Positions 20,532 to 30,770 are shown, counted from the first letter of the stretch. The stretch: 64,000 bases of DNA from Candidatus Zixiibacteriota bacterium (GCA_037441845.1 JBBIRK010000002.1:64001-128000), one strand, 5' to 3'. Notes: a model not told the origin generated them from the letters alone. A program made the numbers and translations.

Positions 20532-21268
20532 GTTTCCCTCCCGGCCGTTTTTACCGCAAAATGGAAAATAGCTCCTCCACCGACACGGCTTTCGGCCCAG
20601 ATTTTGCCCCCCATCGCCTCGGCCGCCAGTCTGCAAAAATACAGCCCGATCCCCGTGCCGCGATATTTATTCTCGCGCCTCAATTCGAGCTGTCGGTATT
20701 TCTCGAACAGGCCCGACGCATCGTTCTCCGAGAATCCTGACCCCCGATCGGACACTGAAACGATCGCCCTGCCGCCGCTTGGCGAAACCGAAATCTCGAC
20801 CGGCAACCCGGGCGGGGAATTTTTCAAAGCGTTGAACAAGAGATTATCGACCACTCTTAAAAAAAGCCTTTTATCCACTCTTGCACAAACGGCCGAAGAC
20901 AATTGCGGTGGACGTATCTCCACTCCATAATCATTCGCGCTCGCCTTTATCATCTCGATACAATCATTAAGGAGAACTCCCAAATCATAATCGGCGAGAT
21001 CGGCCGCTATTCCTATACTTTCCGCCCTGCCGGCCTCAAGTAGATCGTTGATAATGCTCTCGGCGCGCATAATCGCCCTTTCGGCGCTGCCGGCCAGATT
21101 GCGGTGATGCTGATTATTTATGTCGAATCTACCCGACACCACCAGTTTAAGCAGCCCTTTGACACTGGCCAGCGGAGCCTGCAGATCATGAGTCAGGATC
21201 GCCACGAAATCATGCAGGCGATCGATTTCATGGTCGGTCAGCTTGTCTTGTTCCGTCGTTTTGATCAT
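20504..21268 (-). CDS. Cytoplasmic sensor-less histidine kinase (HisKA + HATPase)
   Basis: THDLQAPL H-box, NLLFNALK, DRGSG, GTGIGL; only about 20 aa precede the H-box. Confidence 0.88.
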   Translation of the reverse strand: MIKTTEQDKLTDHEIDRLHDFVAILTHDLQAPLASVKGLLKLVVSGRFDINNQHHRNLAGSAERAIMRAESIINDLLEAGRAESIGIAADLADYDLGVLLNDCIEMIKASANDYGVEIRPPQLSSAVCARVDKRLFLRVVDNLLFNALKNSPPGLPVEISVSPSGGRAIVSVSDRGSGFSENDASGLFEKYRQLELRRENKYRGTGIGLYFCRLAAEAMGGKIWAESRVGGGAIFHFAVKTAGRETCSSNPSLI

Positions 21269-21391
21269 ATCTCGCCTCGGGGCACTTCAACACCCCCCTG
21301 AACCGGTTTCGGCAGGCCGAACCCTCGTGAGGTTCCGCGACGCATTCGACCCGGCGCCTTGTTTTCCATATATCAGGCGGTGTATTTATTT

Positions 21392-21418
21392 GTGTCGGCA
21401 TTTGTTTCGCCGTGATTA
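21392..21418 (-). promoter_or_regulatory. Sigma28 (FliA)-like promoter for kinase-cheV
   Basis: Minus strand TAAT-N15-GCCGACAC. Confidence 0.5.
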
Positions 21419-21575
21419 ATCGGTCGTGACGTCACCGTTCGCTGATGTTGCGCGGAATAATAAGTTTATACGCCGCCGATAACAGCCGCCCAAACGACTA
21501 TAAAGGCCTGCTGCTTTGCGCCCCGCCGATCAATCGATTCCGCCGGAATATGATTCCAGCGGACTCGGTAAATAT

Positions 21576-21603
21576 TAAATTTGCCGTCGTATCATGCCGA
21601 TAA
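21576..21603 (+). promoter_or_regulatory. Sigma28 (FliA)-like promoter
   Basis: TAAA-N16-GCCGATAA, with both consensus boxes exact. Confidence 0.65.
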
Positions 21604-21634
21604 TATAAATAACAGCCTGAAACCGGGGGCGTTC

Positions 21635-21841
21635 GTGAATATCTACTCGATAGGACTAAACGGCATAATAACCGATCTCGATCGCTTCAACGCGGCCGCC
21701 TATGAAATCAATCGAGGCGCCGATGATACGCTCGACGCTCAGATCGATATGTTGATCGCCGGTCATGCGATCTCCGCCAATCTCGAAACACTTAAAACCG
21801 CCGCCGGCATCCATCGCTTTTTGATAGATATTTTCGCCTGA
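21635..21841 (+). CDS. Small flagellar rod/hook-terminus-like protein (Flg_bbr_C-like)
   Basis: GTG start; IYSIGLNG...RFNAAA.EI and IDMLIA.HA.SAN..TLKTA...LIDI.A resemble the joined N/C helices of rod/hook proteins. Confidence 0.6.
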   Translation: MNIYSIGLNGIITDLDRFNAAAYEINRGADDTLDAQIDMLIAGHAISANLETLKTAAGIHRFLIDIFA

Positions 21842-21852
21842 TTCATTAAATC

Positions 21853-21880
21853 TGCAACTTTTATCCGCACCGTTTCGTAT
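21853..21880 (+). promoter_or_regulatory. ECF-sigma-type promoter
   Basis: TGCAAC-N17-CGTAT upstream of the DUF5916 gene. Confidence 0.4.
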
Positions 21881-21941
21881 TTCCCGCCAGGTAGGTTAAG
21901 CAGCAGAATTCTCCTGCGGCAGTTTGGCAATTAAATCGTTT

Positions 21942-24332
21942 ATGAGATCACTAATTCCGATTTTGGTTTGTTTGCTCGTACCGGCCGGAATCCTGGCCGC
22001 TGATGAAATTCCGGCGGTGCGCACCTATACCGCCGCCTATATCGACAAAGCTCCGGTTATCGATGGTTTCCTCGAGCCGGAAATATGGCAGGCGATTCCC
22101 GCCGCCGACAGTTTCATTCAGCGCCGCCCAGATCCCGGAAAACCGGCGACCGAACCGACCGAGGCCAGATTGGTCTACGATGATCAGGCGATATATGTGG
22201 CATTCACCTGTTACGACTCCGAACCGGACAAAATCATTCATCGAATATGCAAAAGAGATTCCGACGGCAATTCGGACTTCGTGGAGGTCGACATCGATTC
22301 GTATCACGACCATCGGACGGGATACACGTTCGTGGTCAACGCCGCCGGAATCCAGGAAGACGATTACCGTTACAAAGACGGCGAGGCTGATTTAGATTGG
22401 AATGCGGTCTGGCAGGCCGAGGCAAGATTAACCGATTTCGGCTGGACGGCCGAATTCAAAATCCCTTTCTCCTGCCTGCGTTTCAATAAAAGCGATCAGG
22501 AACAAACGTGGGGTATAAATTTCGTTCGTATAATCAGACGGAAAAACGAGACCGCCTTGTGGGCGCCGATTTTGCCGGAACAGCAAGGTTTCATCTCCAA
22601 ATTAGGGCATCTGGCCGGAATCAAAGTCCATGACGGGGGCGGCCGACTCGAAATTCTCCCCTATGCCGTTTCCAGCGCGCGGATGGAACCGCGCCGACCG
22701 GGCAATCCCGACGGCCGAGCCTACACGGCGAACAGCGGTCTCGATCTGAAATACAGCTTCACCCGCCGCTTCAATATGACTATTGACGCCGCCATCAATC
22801 CCGATTTCGGACAAGTCGAGGTCGACCCGGCGGTGCTCAATCTCACCACTTATGAGACCTTCTTCCCCGAGAAGAGGCCGTTTTTTATCGAGGGGAACAA
22901 ATATTTCGATACCGATTTCGACCTTTTTTATTCGCGAAGAATCGGAAGGGCACCGCGCGATTATCCACAAGACGCCGCCTACATTTTCGATTATCCGAAA
23001 ACGACCACCATCTTGGCGGCGGTTAAGGCGGTCGGCAAATCACCCGAGGGCTGGATTTTCGGAGCCATAAACGCGGTCACCGCCGAGGAGAAAATTCGCT
23101 ATGTCGACAACTCCGGAATCGCCAAAACCGCCGTGGTTGAAAATCCGGCGAACTATAACGTCATTCGTCTGAAAAGGGAATTCGACGGCGGATCCTCCAT
23201 CGGAATTATGTCAACTGGAGTTAACCAGCGCAGAGCCGTCCCCGTTTATACCGGCGGCGTGGATTGGACATATTCTTTCAAGAACCGCGCGTATTCCTGG
23301 GGGTTTCAAGCCGTCGGCTCGAAAAACGAAACCGGCGGCTGGGGATTCAACACCGGCTTCATGAAAAATTCCGGCAAGCATTTCCGCTGGTCGGTGGGCG
23401 TGGAGAAAGAATCGGAAAATCTGGACTTGAATCGGCTCGGCTACATACGGAGGAGCGATTATCAGGGCGGTTGGGGCTGGCTGCAATACAGAATTATCGC
23501 CGACTCCCGTATAATCAAAGAGCTGTATAACAACTTTAACTATTGGACCGGATTCAACGGCGACGGCGACCGCTTGAATTTCGGCGGCAATTACAATTTC
23601 TGGATGCTTTGGGCCAATAACTGGGGCAGCGGCGGCGGCATCGAAATGAACGGTCAACGTTTCGACGATCGCGAGACACGGGGCGGCCCGCTCTACATGA
23701 TACCGAGAGACTGGAGCTTCTGGGGCTCGGTGGATTCCGATTATTCGAAAAAGCTCGCTTATTCCACTTGGTTCTCCAACGGCAGATATCGCCACGGCCG
23801 ATATTTCTCAAGCGGCAATTCCCTGACTTTCAAACCAGATGACAACATCTCAGTGACCACAGGCCCCTCCTATGAGCGCACCTGGGATCAATATCGCTGG
23901 GTCGATACCCAAAGCGACAGCACCGGCCAAAGTTACATCTTCGCCAGGCTTAAAACCGAGATGATCGACCTTAACCTCAGGACTCTTATCACGTTCAATA
24001 AAAAAGCTAATGTCGAGGTTTATAGCCAGATACTGCTGGCCGCGGGCGCCTATAACGATTTCGTCAGGCTGGTGAATCCCGCCGCATTCGAACAATTGCC
24101 AGCCCCCTATCAAGGGAATCCCGATTTCCGCACCCATTCTTTCATTGTCAACGCCGTATTCACCTGGGAGTATTCCCCCGGTTCTACGATTTATATCGTA
24201 TTTACCCAGGGCCGAAGCCTATACGAAAATCTATCGGGAATGCTGGCCCCGACCCGGGATATAAGGCGGCTTTTTGAACTCGATGCCGAAAGCATTTTCC
24301 TGGTCAAGCTGAATTACTGGCTCGGCTATTGA
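21942..24332 (+). CDS. CBM9-like + DUF5916 outer-membrane protein
   Basis: APVIDG.L...W, WTAEFKIPF..LRF, INPDFGQVE.D, FFPEKRPFF.EG, FYSRRIG, C-terminal VKLNYW. Confidence 0.85.
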   Translation: MRSLIPILVCLLVPAGILAADEIPAVRTYTAAYIDKAPVIDGFLEPEIWQAIPAADSFIQRRPDPGKPATEPTEARLVYDDQAIYVAFTCYDSEPDKIIHRICKRDSDGNSDFVEVDIDSYHDHRTGYTFVVNAAGIQEDDYRYKDGEADLDWNAVWQAEARLTDFGWTAEFKIPFSCLRFNKSDQEQTWGINFVRIIRRKNETALWAPILPEQQGFISKLGHLAGIKVHDGGGRLEILPYAVSSARMEPRRPGNPDGRAYTANSGLDLKYSFTRRFNMTIDAAINPDFGQVEVDPAVLNLTTYETFFPEKRPFFIEGNKYFDTDFDLFYSRRIGRAPRDYPQDAAYIFDYPKTTTILAAVKAVGKSPEGWIFGAINAVTAEEKIRYVDNSGIAKTAVVENPANYNVIRLKREFDGGSSIGIMSTGVNQRRAVPVYTGGVDWTYSFKNRAYSWGFQAVGSKNETGGWGFNTGFMKNSGKHFRWSVGVEKESENLDLNRLGYIRRSDYQGGWGWLQYRIIADSRIIKELYNNFNYWTGFNGDGDRLNFGGNYNFWMLWANNWGSGGGIEMNGQRFDDRETRGGPLYMIPRDWSFWGSVDSDYSKKLAYSTWFSNGRYRHGRYFSSGNSLTFKPDDNISVTTGPSYERTWDQYRWVDTQSDSTGQSYIFARLKTEMIDLNLRTLITFNKKANVEVYSQILLAAGAYNDFVRLVNPAAFEQLPAPYQGNPDFRTHSFIVNAVFTWEYSPGSTIYIVFTQGRSLYENLSGMLAPTRDIRRLFELDAESIFLVKLNYWLGY

Positions 24333-24382
24333 TCGGGCAGATGCCTCAAATCGGGCTTTGAAAAAAATCGACAAATAAAGTC

Positions 24383-24410
24383 TTGACAACTTCTGTCACT
24401 TAATTATAAT
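24383..24410 (+). promoter_or_regulatory. Consensus sigma70 promoter
   Basis: TTGACA-N16-TATAAT. Confidence 0.75.
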
Positions 24411-24416
24411 TGATTT

Positions 24417-24493
24417 GCAAGGGTGAAACCTCCTCGTTTAGGTAGTTCCAGCCCCCCTCTACCTAAGCATAAGTTTCACCCTTCGTTTTTTTT
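24417..24493 (+). ncRNA. Candidate ~75-nt hairpin small RNA
   Basis: Follows the consensus promoter. Two stacked stems (aagggtgaaac/gtttcaccctt; gtttaggtag/ctacctaagc), C-rich loops, 8-T tail, no ORF. Confidence 0.6.
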
Positions 24494-24734
24494 ATAAGCG
24501 TTTTTTATCCCGGCCGTATTCGCTTCGCCTAAGGCGGTGCCGCCATGACTGACTGGAATGCACTCGGTCATCGGGATTAATCGCCCGCTTTCCGGGTTAT
24601 TTTGAACGATCGCACTCCGCCGCGCGGCTATTCGTTTGAACGTTTGCTTTTAAGATCGAACCGAGATTCCGATTCTGTATGCGGCTTTATCAATGGGGTT
24701 TCTATACCGACCCGCCGTTCAGTGGTTTCGATAA

Positions 24735-25376
24735 TCAAAGTCTCATGTTGCCCGATGAGTCTGAACGACTAAGGAAATAGCCTTTGATAACGGGGATTAT
24801 CTTATCCAGTGCCCGCCGCCGATGGCTGATCGAGTTCTTTTGCTCGGCGGTCATCTCGGCCAACGTCATGTTCGCGGCAGGCACGAAAAAAATCGGGTCG
24901 TAACCGAAACCGTTCTTTCCCTGCCGCCGCTCGAGGATTGCTCCCTCTATCGAACCCTCTGCCAGATGCTCTCTGCCGCCGCCGTCGATAAACGCCATCA
25001 CCGTGCGGAACCTTGCCTTTCTCGAGCTACGCGGCACACCTTCGAGATCGGCAAGCAGCTTTTCGCAGTTATCGTCATAGGTGGCCTCGGGGCCGGCATA
25101 ACGCGAGGAATATACCCCGGGCTCGCCGTCAAGGTAATCTACCTCCAGACCGGTGTCATCGGCCAGACAGGGAATTCGATATTTCTTCCAGACAGCTCGG
25201 GCCTTCTGCAATGCGTTTTCGGCCAAAGTCTCGCCGGTCTCTTCCGCCTCGGGGAAATCGGGAAAATCCGCCGCCCCCAGCACCTCGATATCCGCCTTTT
25301 CGAGTATACCCTTTATTTCCGCCAGCTTGTCCCGATTGTTGGTGGCAATAATGATTTTGAATCTTGCCGTGCCCAT
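24735..25376 (-). CDS. rdgB: dITP/XTP pyrophosphatase (Ham1/RdgB)
   Basis: ATNN.DK..E, ADDTGL, PGVYSSRY, GFGYDP, SHR. Confidence 0.95.
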   Translation of the reverse strand: MGTARFKIIIATNNRDKLAEIKGILEKADIEVLGAADFPDFPEAEETGETLAENALQKARAVWKKYRIPCLADDTGLEVDYLDGEPGVYSSRYAGPEATYDDNCEKLLADLEGVPRSSRKARFRTVMAFIDGGGREHLAEGSIEGAILERRQGKNGFGYDPIFFVPAANMTLAEMTAEQKNSISHRRRALDKIIPVIKGYFLSRSDSSGNMRL

Positions 25377-25379
25377 TGT

Positions 25380-26252
25380 TCAATAGAGATCGATATCGAT
25401 CTTGCTCACTTTGCCGATCGCGCGATTAAGAAAAATCCTGGCCATCCGCTTGAGTCGTTCTGGTGTATCGGACACATAAAAGCGATGGACCGGTGCGGTC
25501 TTGCGCGTAGCCGTCATTCCCGAATCCCGCAATATATCCTTCACCGCCCGGGCGGTCTCGTCGGCCGAATCTATCAGCTTGACGTTCGGCCCCATCACTT
25601 TTCCGATTACCTTTTTAAGCGGCGGGTAGTGAGTGCATCCGAGAACCAGCGTGTCGATCTTCTTTTTCTTCAATTCGGAAAGATAGTCCTCGGCGATTAA
25701 ATACGAAGCCTGCTTCTCGATATATCCGCTTTCGACAAGCGACACGAACAACGGGCAGGCCAGACCATGGATATTGAGCCCGTAATCCAGACTTTTCAAC
25801 GCCCTCGCGTAAGATTGCGAGGCGATTGTTCCTTCGGTGCCTATCACCCCGACCCGACGATTGACCGTGGCCTTGACCGCTGCCTTTGCCCCGGGCTCGA
25901 TTACGCCTACCATGGGGATATTGTATATCTGCCTTATATAGTCAAGCGCATGTGCCGAGGCGGTATTGCAGGCTACCACCACCATCTTGACTCCCTGCTC
26001 GAGCAGGAAATTGACGTTTTGCCTTGAAAACCTCCGGATCACGTCCGCGGATCTTATGCCGTAGGGGAAACGGCCGGTGTCGCCGAAATAAATAACCTGT
26101 TCCCGCGGAAGTTGGTTGAATATCTCTTTTACTACGGTAAGGCCGCCCACCCCCGAATCGAATATCCCGATCGGCCGGTTGCGATGGCTTCCGGAGATTT
26201 TTCCGGTTGATGTCGGCTTTGAATCCGCAGTCGATATCATCTCAACGCGCAT
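25380..26252 (-). CDS. murI: Glutamate racemase
   Basis: FDSGVGGLTV, ACNTAS, LGCTHYP. Confidence 0.96.
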   Translation of the reverse strand: MRVEMISTADSKPTSTGKISGSHRNRPIGIFDSGVGGLTVVKEIFNQLPREQVIYFGDTGRFPYGIRSADVIRRFSRQNVNFLLEQGVKMVVVACNTASAHALDYIRQIYNIPMVGVIEPGAKAAVKATVNRRVGVIGTEGTIASQSYARALKSLDYGLNIHGLACPLFVSLVESGYIEKQASYLIAEDYLSELKKKKIDTLVLGCTHYPPLKKVIGKVMGPNVKLIDSADETARAVKDILRDSGMTATRKTAPVHRFYVSDTPERLKRMARIFLNRAIGKVSKIDIDLY

Positions 26253-27765
26253 CGAATTCGGCCTTGAACGTCGCCACCGCCCGAGCGATTTCTTCGGCGA
26301 ATGCCTCGCGGAATTTGTCGCTGCGGAGCAATTCCTCGTCTTTTTTATTGGTGATAAATGCGGTTTCCACCAGCACCGACGGCACGAACGCCTTGTTTAA
26401 GACTATAAAGCCGGCCTGGTCGATACCGCGCCTTTCGAGATTCCTCACGTTTCGCAGATTTTCGTGAATCAGTTGAGCCAATTCGGCGGATTCTTTAAGG
26501 TGTTCAGTTTGAATCATGTCCGAAAGTATGAAACCGATATCCGATTTATTGGGCACGTTGGCCGTGGTTTCGAATTTGAAGACTTCGTTTTCGAGAGCGG
26601 CAGCCGCCCGCGCCTGATCGGTCTTCGCATCGGCCAGGAAAAATACTATACTGCCGCGGGCCGATTTGTTCTCGGCGGCATTGCAATGGATAGAAATGAA
26701 CAGGTCGGCGCCGGCTTCATTGGCGATATTCGCTCTGTCGGCCAATGATACGAAACGATCGTCGTCGCGGGTCATGACGACTTCGAATCCGGACTCGCGC
26801 AGTCTGGCCGCCAATCGTTTGGATATATCGAGCACGACATCTTTCTCCAGCAGACCTGAGCGGCCGACCGCACCCTCGTCATCGCCGCCGTGGCCGGGAT
26901 CGATCACTATCACGTCGATAAGACTATCCGCCGGCGCGGGAGTTTCCGCGGAAAGGTTACTTTCGCTGTAGGCCAGGATGGTGTCGCTGAATTCATTGGC
27001 TTTGATCGACAGCTGGATTCGCGGGGGATCGTCTTTATAGCGATCGACGACATTGAACTCACGCGCACTCAGTCTTATCGATAGTTGAGCCGAATTGTCG
27101 AATTGATAAGCCTTGGTTTCGAGCACTTCCCGGGATCGCCTGCCCCCGGTGAAATGATCGGGATTTAATTTGCCCTCATGGATCGTGATAATCAGCCATG
27201 AATCTATCGTCTTCGATATTTCATATTTCAACATCTTGCTTAAAAATATCTCTATCAGCAAGCCGTTGATTTTGGCCTGTGAGACCAAATCGAGCACGTT
27301 GTAGTTCGTGGGATATACGCTCAACGTGCTTTTCATTACATCAAGGTCGAATTCGAGATTGAGGAATCTGCCCAGCAACTCAATCGTGCTTTTGCTTGGT
27401 GAGTAAAATTCCCCCCCATGGGAAACGACGTCATGCACGAGATTATAGCTTTTGTCTCCGGCGATTACGTAAGGCGAATACTGGGTGAACGTGATAATTC
27501 TGTCGCTTGTCGTGAGGACGCATTTGCCGGTTTTGAGTTTGGCTGAGTATTCGGCCCCCAAAAAATCGGCCAAAGATTTAAGCGAGATATAATCCGTACC
27601 GTTTTTTGTCAGATACCGAATGTCTGCTCTTCGGTTCCGCTGACTCCAGTAAGCCTTGATTTTTTTCGCCTCCTCGGCGGCACCCGACCCTGCGAACAAC
27701 AGCGTCAGAATCAAAGCGACCGCCGCCATCGATTTCGTTCTGATCGTCGCGCGGGGCATGTTCAT
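26242..27765 (-). CDS. N-acetylmuramoyl-L-alanine amidase (Amidase_3)
   Basis: IDPGHGG.D.GA, EKD..L, FISIHCN, PSVLVETAFITN; N-terminal signal. Start uncertain. Confidence 0.92.
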   Translation of the reverse strand: MNMPRATIRTKSMAAVALILTLLFAGSGAAEEAKKIKAYWSQRNRRADIRYLTKNGTDYISLKSLADFLGAEYSAKLKTGKCVLTTSDRIITFTQYSPYVIAGDKSYNLVHDVVSHGGEFYSPSKSTIELLGRFLNLEFDLDVMKSTLSVYPTNYNVLDLVSQAKINGLLIEIFLSKMLKYEISKTIDSWLIITIHEGKLNPDHFTGGRRSREVLETKAYQFDNSAQLSIRLSAREFNVVDRYKDDPPRIQLSIKANEFSDTILAYSESNLSAETPAPADSLIDVIVIDPGHGGDDEGAVGRSGLLEKDVVLDISKRLAARLRESGFEVVMTRDDDRFVSLADRANIANEAGADLFISIHCNAAENKSARGSIVFFLADAKTDQARAAAALENEVFKFETTANVPNKSDIGFILSDMIQTEHLKESAELAQLIHENLRNVRNLERRGIDQAGFIVLNKAFVPSVLVETAFITNKKDEELLRSDKFREAFAEEIARAVATFKAEFDAR

Positions 27766-27790
27766 TTGTACTCGTCGTCCATCGTGATGT

Positions 27791-28255
27791 TCATGATTTT
27801 CCTCGGAAAGCCCGGCGGATATGCAAATCGGCCTCGCGGCGGGCGATTGCCGCCCGCTTGTCGTATTTGCGTTTCCCACGGGCGACCGCCAATTCCACTT
27901 TGGCGTACGGCCCTTTGAAATAAATCGAAAGCGGTACCAGCGTCATTCCGTCCTGTTCGGTCGCCGCCTGCAACCTTCGTATCTGAATCCTGTGAACTAG
28001 CAGCCGTCTTTTGCGTTCCGGGTCGTGCGCGTAGTGCGAGGCCTTATCGTAGGGTGCTATATGCAGGTTGTGCAGAATCAATTCGCCTTTGGTTATCTGC
28101 GCGAACGAATCTTTGAACGACACTTTGGCCTGGCGCAGCGATTTTACCTCGCTTCCCACCAGCTCGATACCGGCCTCAATCGCGTCCACTATCTCGTAAT
28201 CGTGGCGGGCTTTGCGGTTGGTGGCGACCGTTTTTCTCGTCTTTTCCTGCTCCAT
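27791..28255 (-). CDS. smpB: SsrA-binding protein
   Basis: NRKARHDY, EAGIELVGSEVKSLR, RGKRKYDKR. Confidence 0.97.
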   Translation of the reverse strand: MEQEKTRKTVATNRKARHDYEIVDAIEAGIELVGSEVKSLRQAKVSFKDSFAQITKGELILHNLHIAPYDKASHYAHDPERKRRLLVHRIQIRRLQAATEQDGMTLVPLSIYFKGPYAKVELAVARGKRKYDKRAAIARREADLHIRRAFRGKS

Positions 28256-28549
28256 CGTGATTCAATATAGGGGCGCTGCGAAAAATCATCAAGGTGTAAA
28301 ATCCTCGAATGTATAATAACATAAGGCAGACGAAACGGTAAGGCCTTGGCCTGATCCCACGCATGCCGGTTGTCAGAATAAGAGCTCATGATAACAAGTT
28401 AATGATCGGGTCAATCTTCTTTATTTTAATCAGGGCGGTAGTGCGCAAAACTCATTTATTGAGTAAAATCGTCTCCTTCACACCCGCTCGATTTTCGCTG
28501 AACCAAGAATCCAATGTTATGCCAAATCATACTTTAAGGCCATCAATAA

Positions 28550-28585
28550 TTCTCATTTTGAGAACCTAAATTCTCAAATTGAGAA
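28550..28585. promoter_or_regulatory. Tandem palindromic operator-like sites
   Basis: TTCTCA-ttt-TGAGAA and TTCTCA-aat-TGAGAA with 21-bp periodicity. Confidence 0.5.
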
Positions 28586-28706
28586 CGCTCCACTATCTAA
28601 TACCCCTTATTTCATTGCTTTCAGCAATTTCCCAAAGGGTATAAGGCATCGAACATTAAATAGCATTTATATTATGATGACGAATCACTTCAAATGGCCG
28701 AATCGC

Positions 28707-29465
28707 CTATTTCCCCGGCTTCTCCAGAAACGGCTTGAACAGATCTATCGGCACCGGGAAAATCGTGGTCGAATTCTTCTCGCTGGAAACCTCCACCAGG
28801 GTCTGCAGGTAGCGAAGTTGTACACCGACCGGGGTCTGCGCCAGTATCTGGGCCGCTTGATTGATCTTCTCGGCCGCCTGAAGTTCGCCGTCGGCATGGA
28901 TTACCTTGGCCCGGCGTTCGCGTTCGGCCTCCGCCTGGCGCGCTATCGCCCGCTGCATCTCTTGTGGCAAATCCACGTTCTTGACCTCGACCACGCTCAC
29001 CTTGACCCCCCAGGGCTCGGTCTGGCTGTCGATTATTTTCTGCAGTTCTTGATTTATTTTTTCGCGGTTGGAAAGCAGATCATCGAGTTCGACCTGACCA
29101 AGCACCGAACGGAGTGTGGTCTGGCATATCTGCGATGTGGCATAGATATAATCCTCGACATCCACGATCGCCTGATTGGCATCCATAACCCTGAAATAGG
29201 CCACCGCGTTCACTTTCACCGAAACGTTGTCACGAGTTATGATATCCTGCGGCGGCACATCCATAGGCACCGTCCGCAAAGACACCTTGACCATCTTATC
29301 GACTATCGGGATCAGAAGTATCAACCCGGGCCCCTTGGCGCCGATCAATCTCCCCAGCCTGAATACGACCCCTCGTTCGTATTCGCGCAACACTCTGACC
29401 GCCTGGCCCAAAATAAAAACCGCCAAAGCGATTATGACAATCAAGCCGTATAATCCTTCAACCAT
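28707..29465 (-). CDS. SPFH/stomatin (slipin) family protein
   Basis: [38 protein letters not shown]. Confidence 0.95.
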   Translation of the reverse strand: MVEGLYGLIVIIALAVFILGQAVRVLREYERGVVFRLGRLIGAKGPGLILLIPIVDKMVKVSLRTVPMDVPPQDIITRDNVSVKVNAVAYFRVMDANQAIVDVEDYIYATSQICQTTLRSVLGQVELDDLLSNREKINQELQKIIDSQTEPWGVKVSVVEVKNVDLPQEMQRAIARQAEAERERRAKVIHADGELQAAEKINQAAQILAQTPVGVQLRYLQTLVEVSSEKNSTTIFPVPIDLFKPFLEKPGK

Positions 29466-29483
29466 TCTGTCCTCCTTTGAATA

Positions 29484-30770
29484 TCATGCTTTTTCGACTT
29501 TCAACGTCATTCCCTCTATGCCGGTCACCCTCACTTTCGTTCCCGCAGGCAGATCCGGCGTCGACGATTCCGCCTTCCAGTATTCGCCGTGCACGAACAC
29601 CGTGCCCCGCCCGCCTTCCATCGATTTCACCTCGCCGATCTCCCCTACGATCCCCGCTTTCCCTGTGACCACCTTGCGCTTCTGGGCCTTTATCGCGAAA
29701 TAAAGAACGAACAGGAAAAAAGCCACGGTGAAAATGACCGTGGGAATGATCACCGAAAGCGAAATCCTCATCGCCGGCACGTCAGCGTCTATCAACATAA
29801 GCGACCCCAGTATCAGGCTTATCGTTCCACCGATAGCCAGAATGCCATGGCTTACCACCTTTATTTCCAATAAAAACAACACCGCCGATAGCAACATCAA
29901 AGCCAGACCGGCGTAGTTTATGGGCAAAGTCTGCATGGCGAAAAAAGCCAAAATCAGGCAGATCCCGCCCACCACGCCGGGCACGATCGCCCCCGGATTG
30001 GAAAATTCGAAATAAAGCCCCATCATGCCCAGAGTTAGCAGAATATAGGCGATATTGGGATTGGAAATTATGCCCAGAATTTTATCCGAAATGCTCGGCT
30101 CGATTTTATTGACTTCGGCGTCGATCGTTTTCAGCACCACGGTCCCCGATACTGTCTCCACCGTGTCGCCGTCGATCTTGGCCAACAGGTCGGGGATATC
30201 GACCGCCACGTAGTCGATAACTTTGAGCTCGAGCGCCTCGTATTCGGTTATCGATGCCGATTCGCGCACCGCCTTTTCCGCCCATTCGATATTACGTCCC
30301 CGTTTTTTGGCCAAGGTTTTGATCTTGGCCACCGCATCGTTGGTAATTTTCTCCGACATTATCGAATCAATCTGCCCGCCCATTCCTACCGGATGGGCCG
30401 ATCCGATATTGGTCTGCGGCGCCATGGCGGCGATATGGCAGGCGTAGGTGATATAGACTCCCGCCGAACCGGCCCGCGATCCCGGCGGCGCGATATACAT
30501 GACCACCGGAACGTTCGATGCCAATATGGCGCGGTTTATGTCCCAAGTCGATTCCGTCAGCCCGCCCGGAGTATCAAGTTGAATTATTAGCGCCTGGGCG
30601 CCGTCGTTTTCCGCCCGGTTTATGGCGTTGACGATCATCCGGATAGAGATCGGTCCGATCGCCCCGCTTATCGGCACCAGATCGACATGGGTCGCCTCTC
30701 CCCCTCGGCCGGCCGTCGCCGCTCCCAGACAAAGTAAAACGGCCAGCAGATATTTCCGAAACAGTTTCAT
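29484..30770 (-). CDS. nfeD: NfeD membrane-bound ClpP-class serine protease
   Basis: LDTPGG, RAGSAG, TM block, C-terminal OB domain (VFVHGEYW.A). Confidence 0.93.
   Translation of the reverse strand: MKLFRKYLLAVLLCLGAATAGRGGEATHVDLVPISGAIGPISIRMIVNAINRAENDGAQALIIQLDTPGGLTESTWDINRAILASNVPVVMYIAPPGSRAGSAGVYITYACHIAAMAPQTNIGSAHPVGMGGQIDSIMSEKITNDAVAKIKTLAKKRGRNIEWAEKAVRESASITEYEALELKVIDYVAVDIPDLLAKIDGDTVETVSGTVVLKTIDAEVNKIEPSISDKILGIISNPNIAYILLTLGMMGLYFEFSNPGAIVPGVVGGICLILAFFAMQTLPINYAGLALMLLSAVLFLLEIKVVSHGILAIGGTISLILGSLMLIDADVPAMRISLSVIIPTVIFTVAFFLFVLYFAIKAQKRKVVTGKAGIVGEIGEVKSMEGGRGTVFVHGEYWKAESSTPDLPAGTKVRVTGIEGMTLKVEKA

Noticed and set aside
21300..21360. GGCA...GACGCA hairpins resembling a c-di-GMP-I riboswitch near the chemotaxis genes
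   Set aside because: The resemblance is on the strand opposite the kinase-cheV mRNA, and the GCAAAC/GAAA/GCAAAG consensus is not met.
28256..28706. tmRNA next to smpB
   Set aside because: No tRNA-like GGGG..TTCGAC 5' end or TTCGA.TCCC..CCACCA 3' end found.
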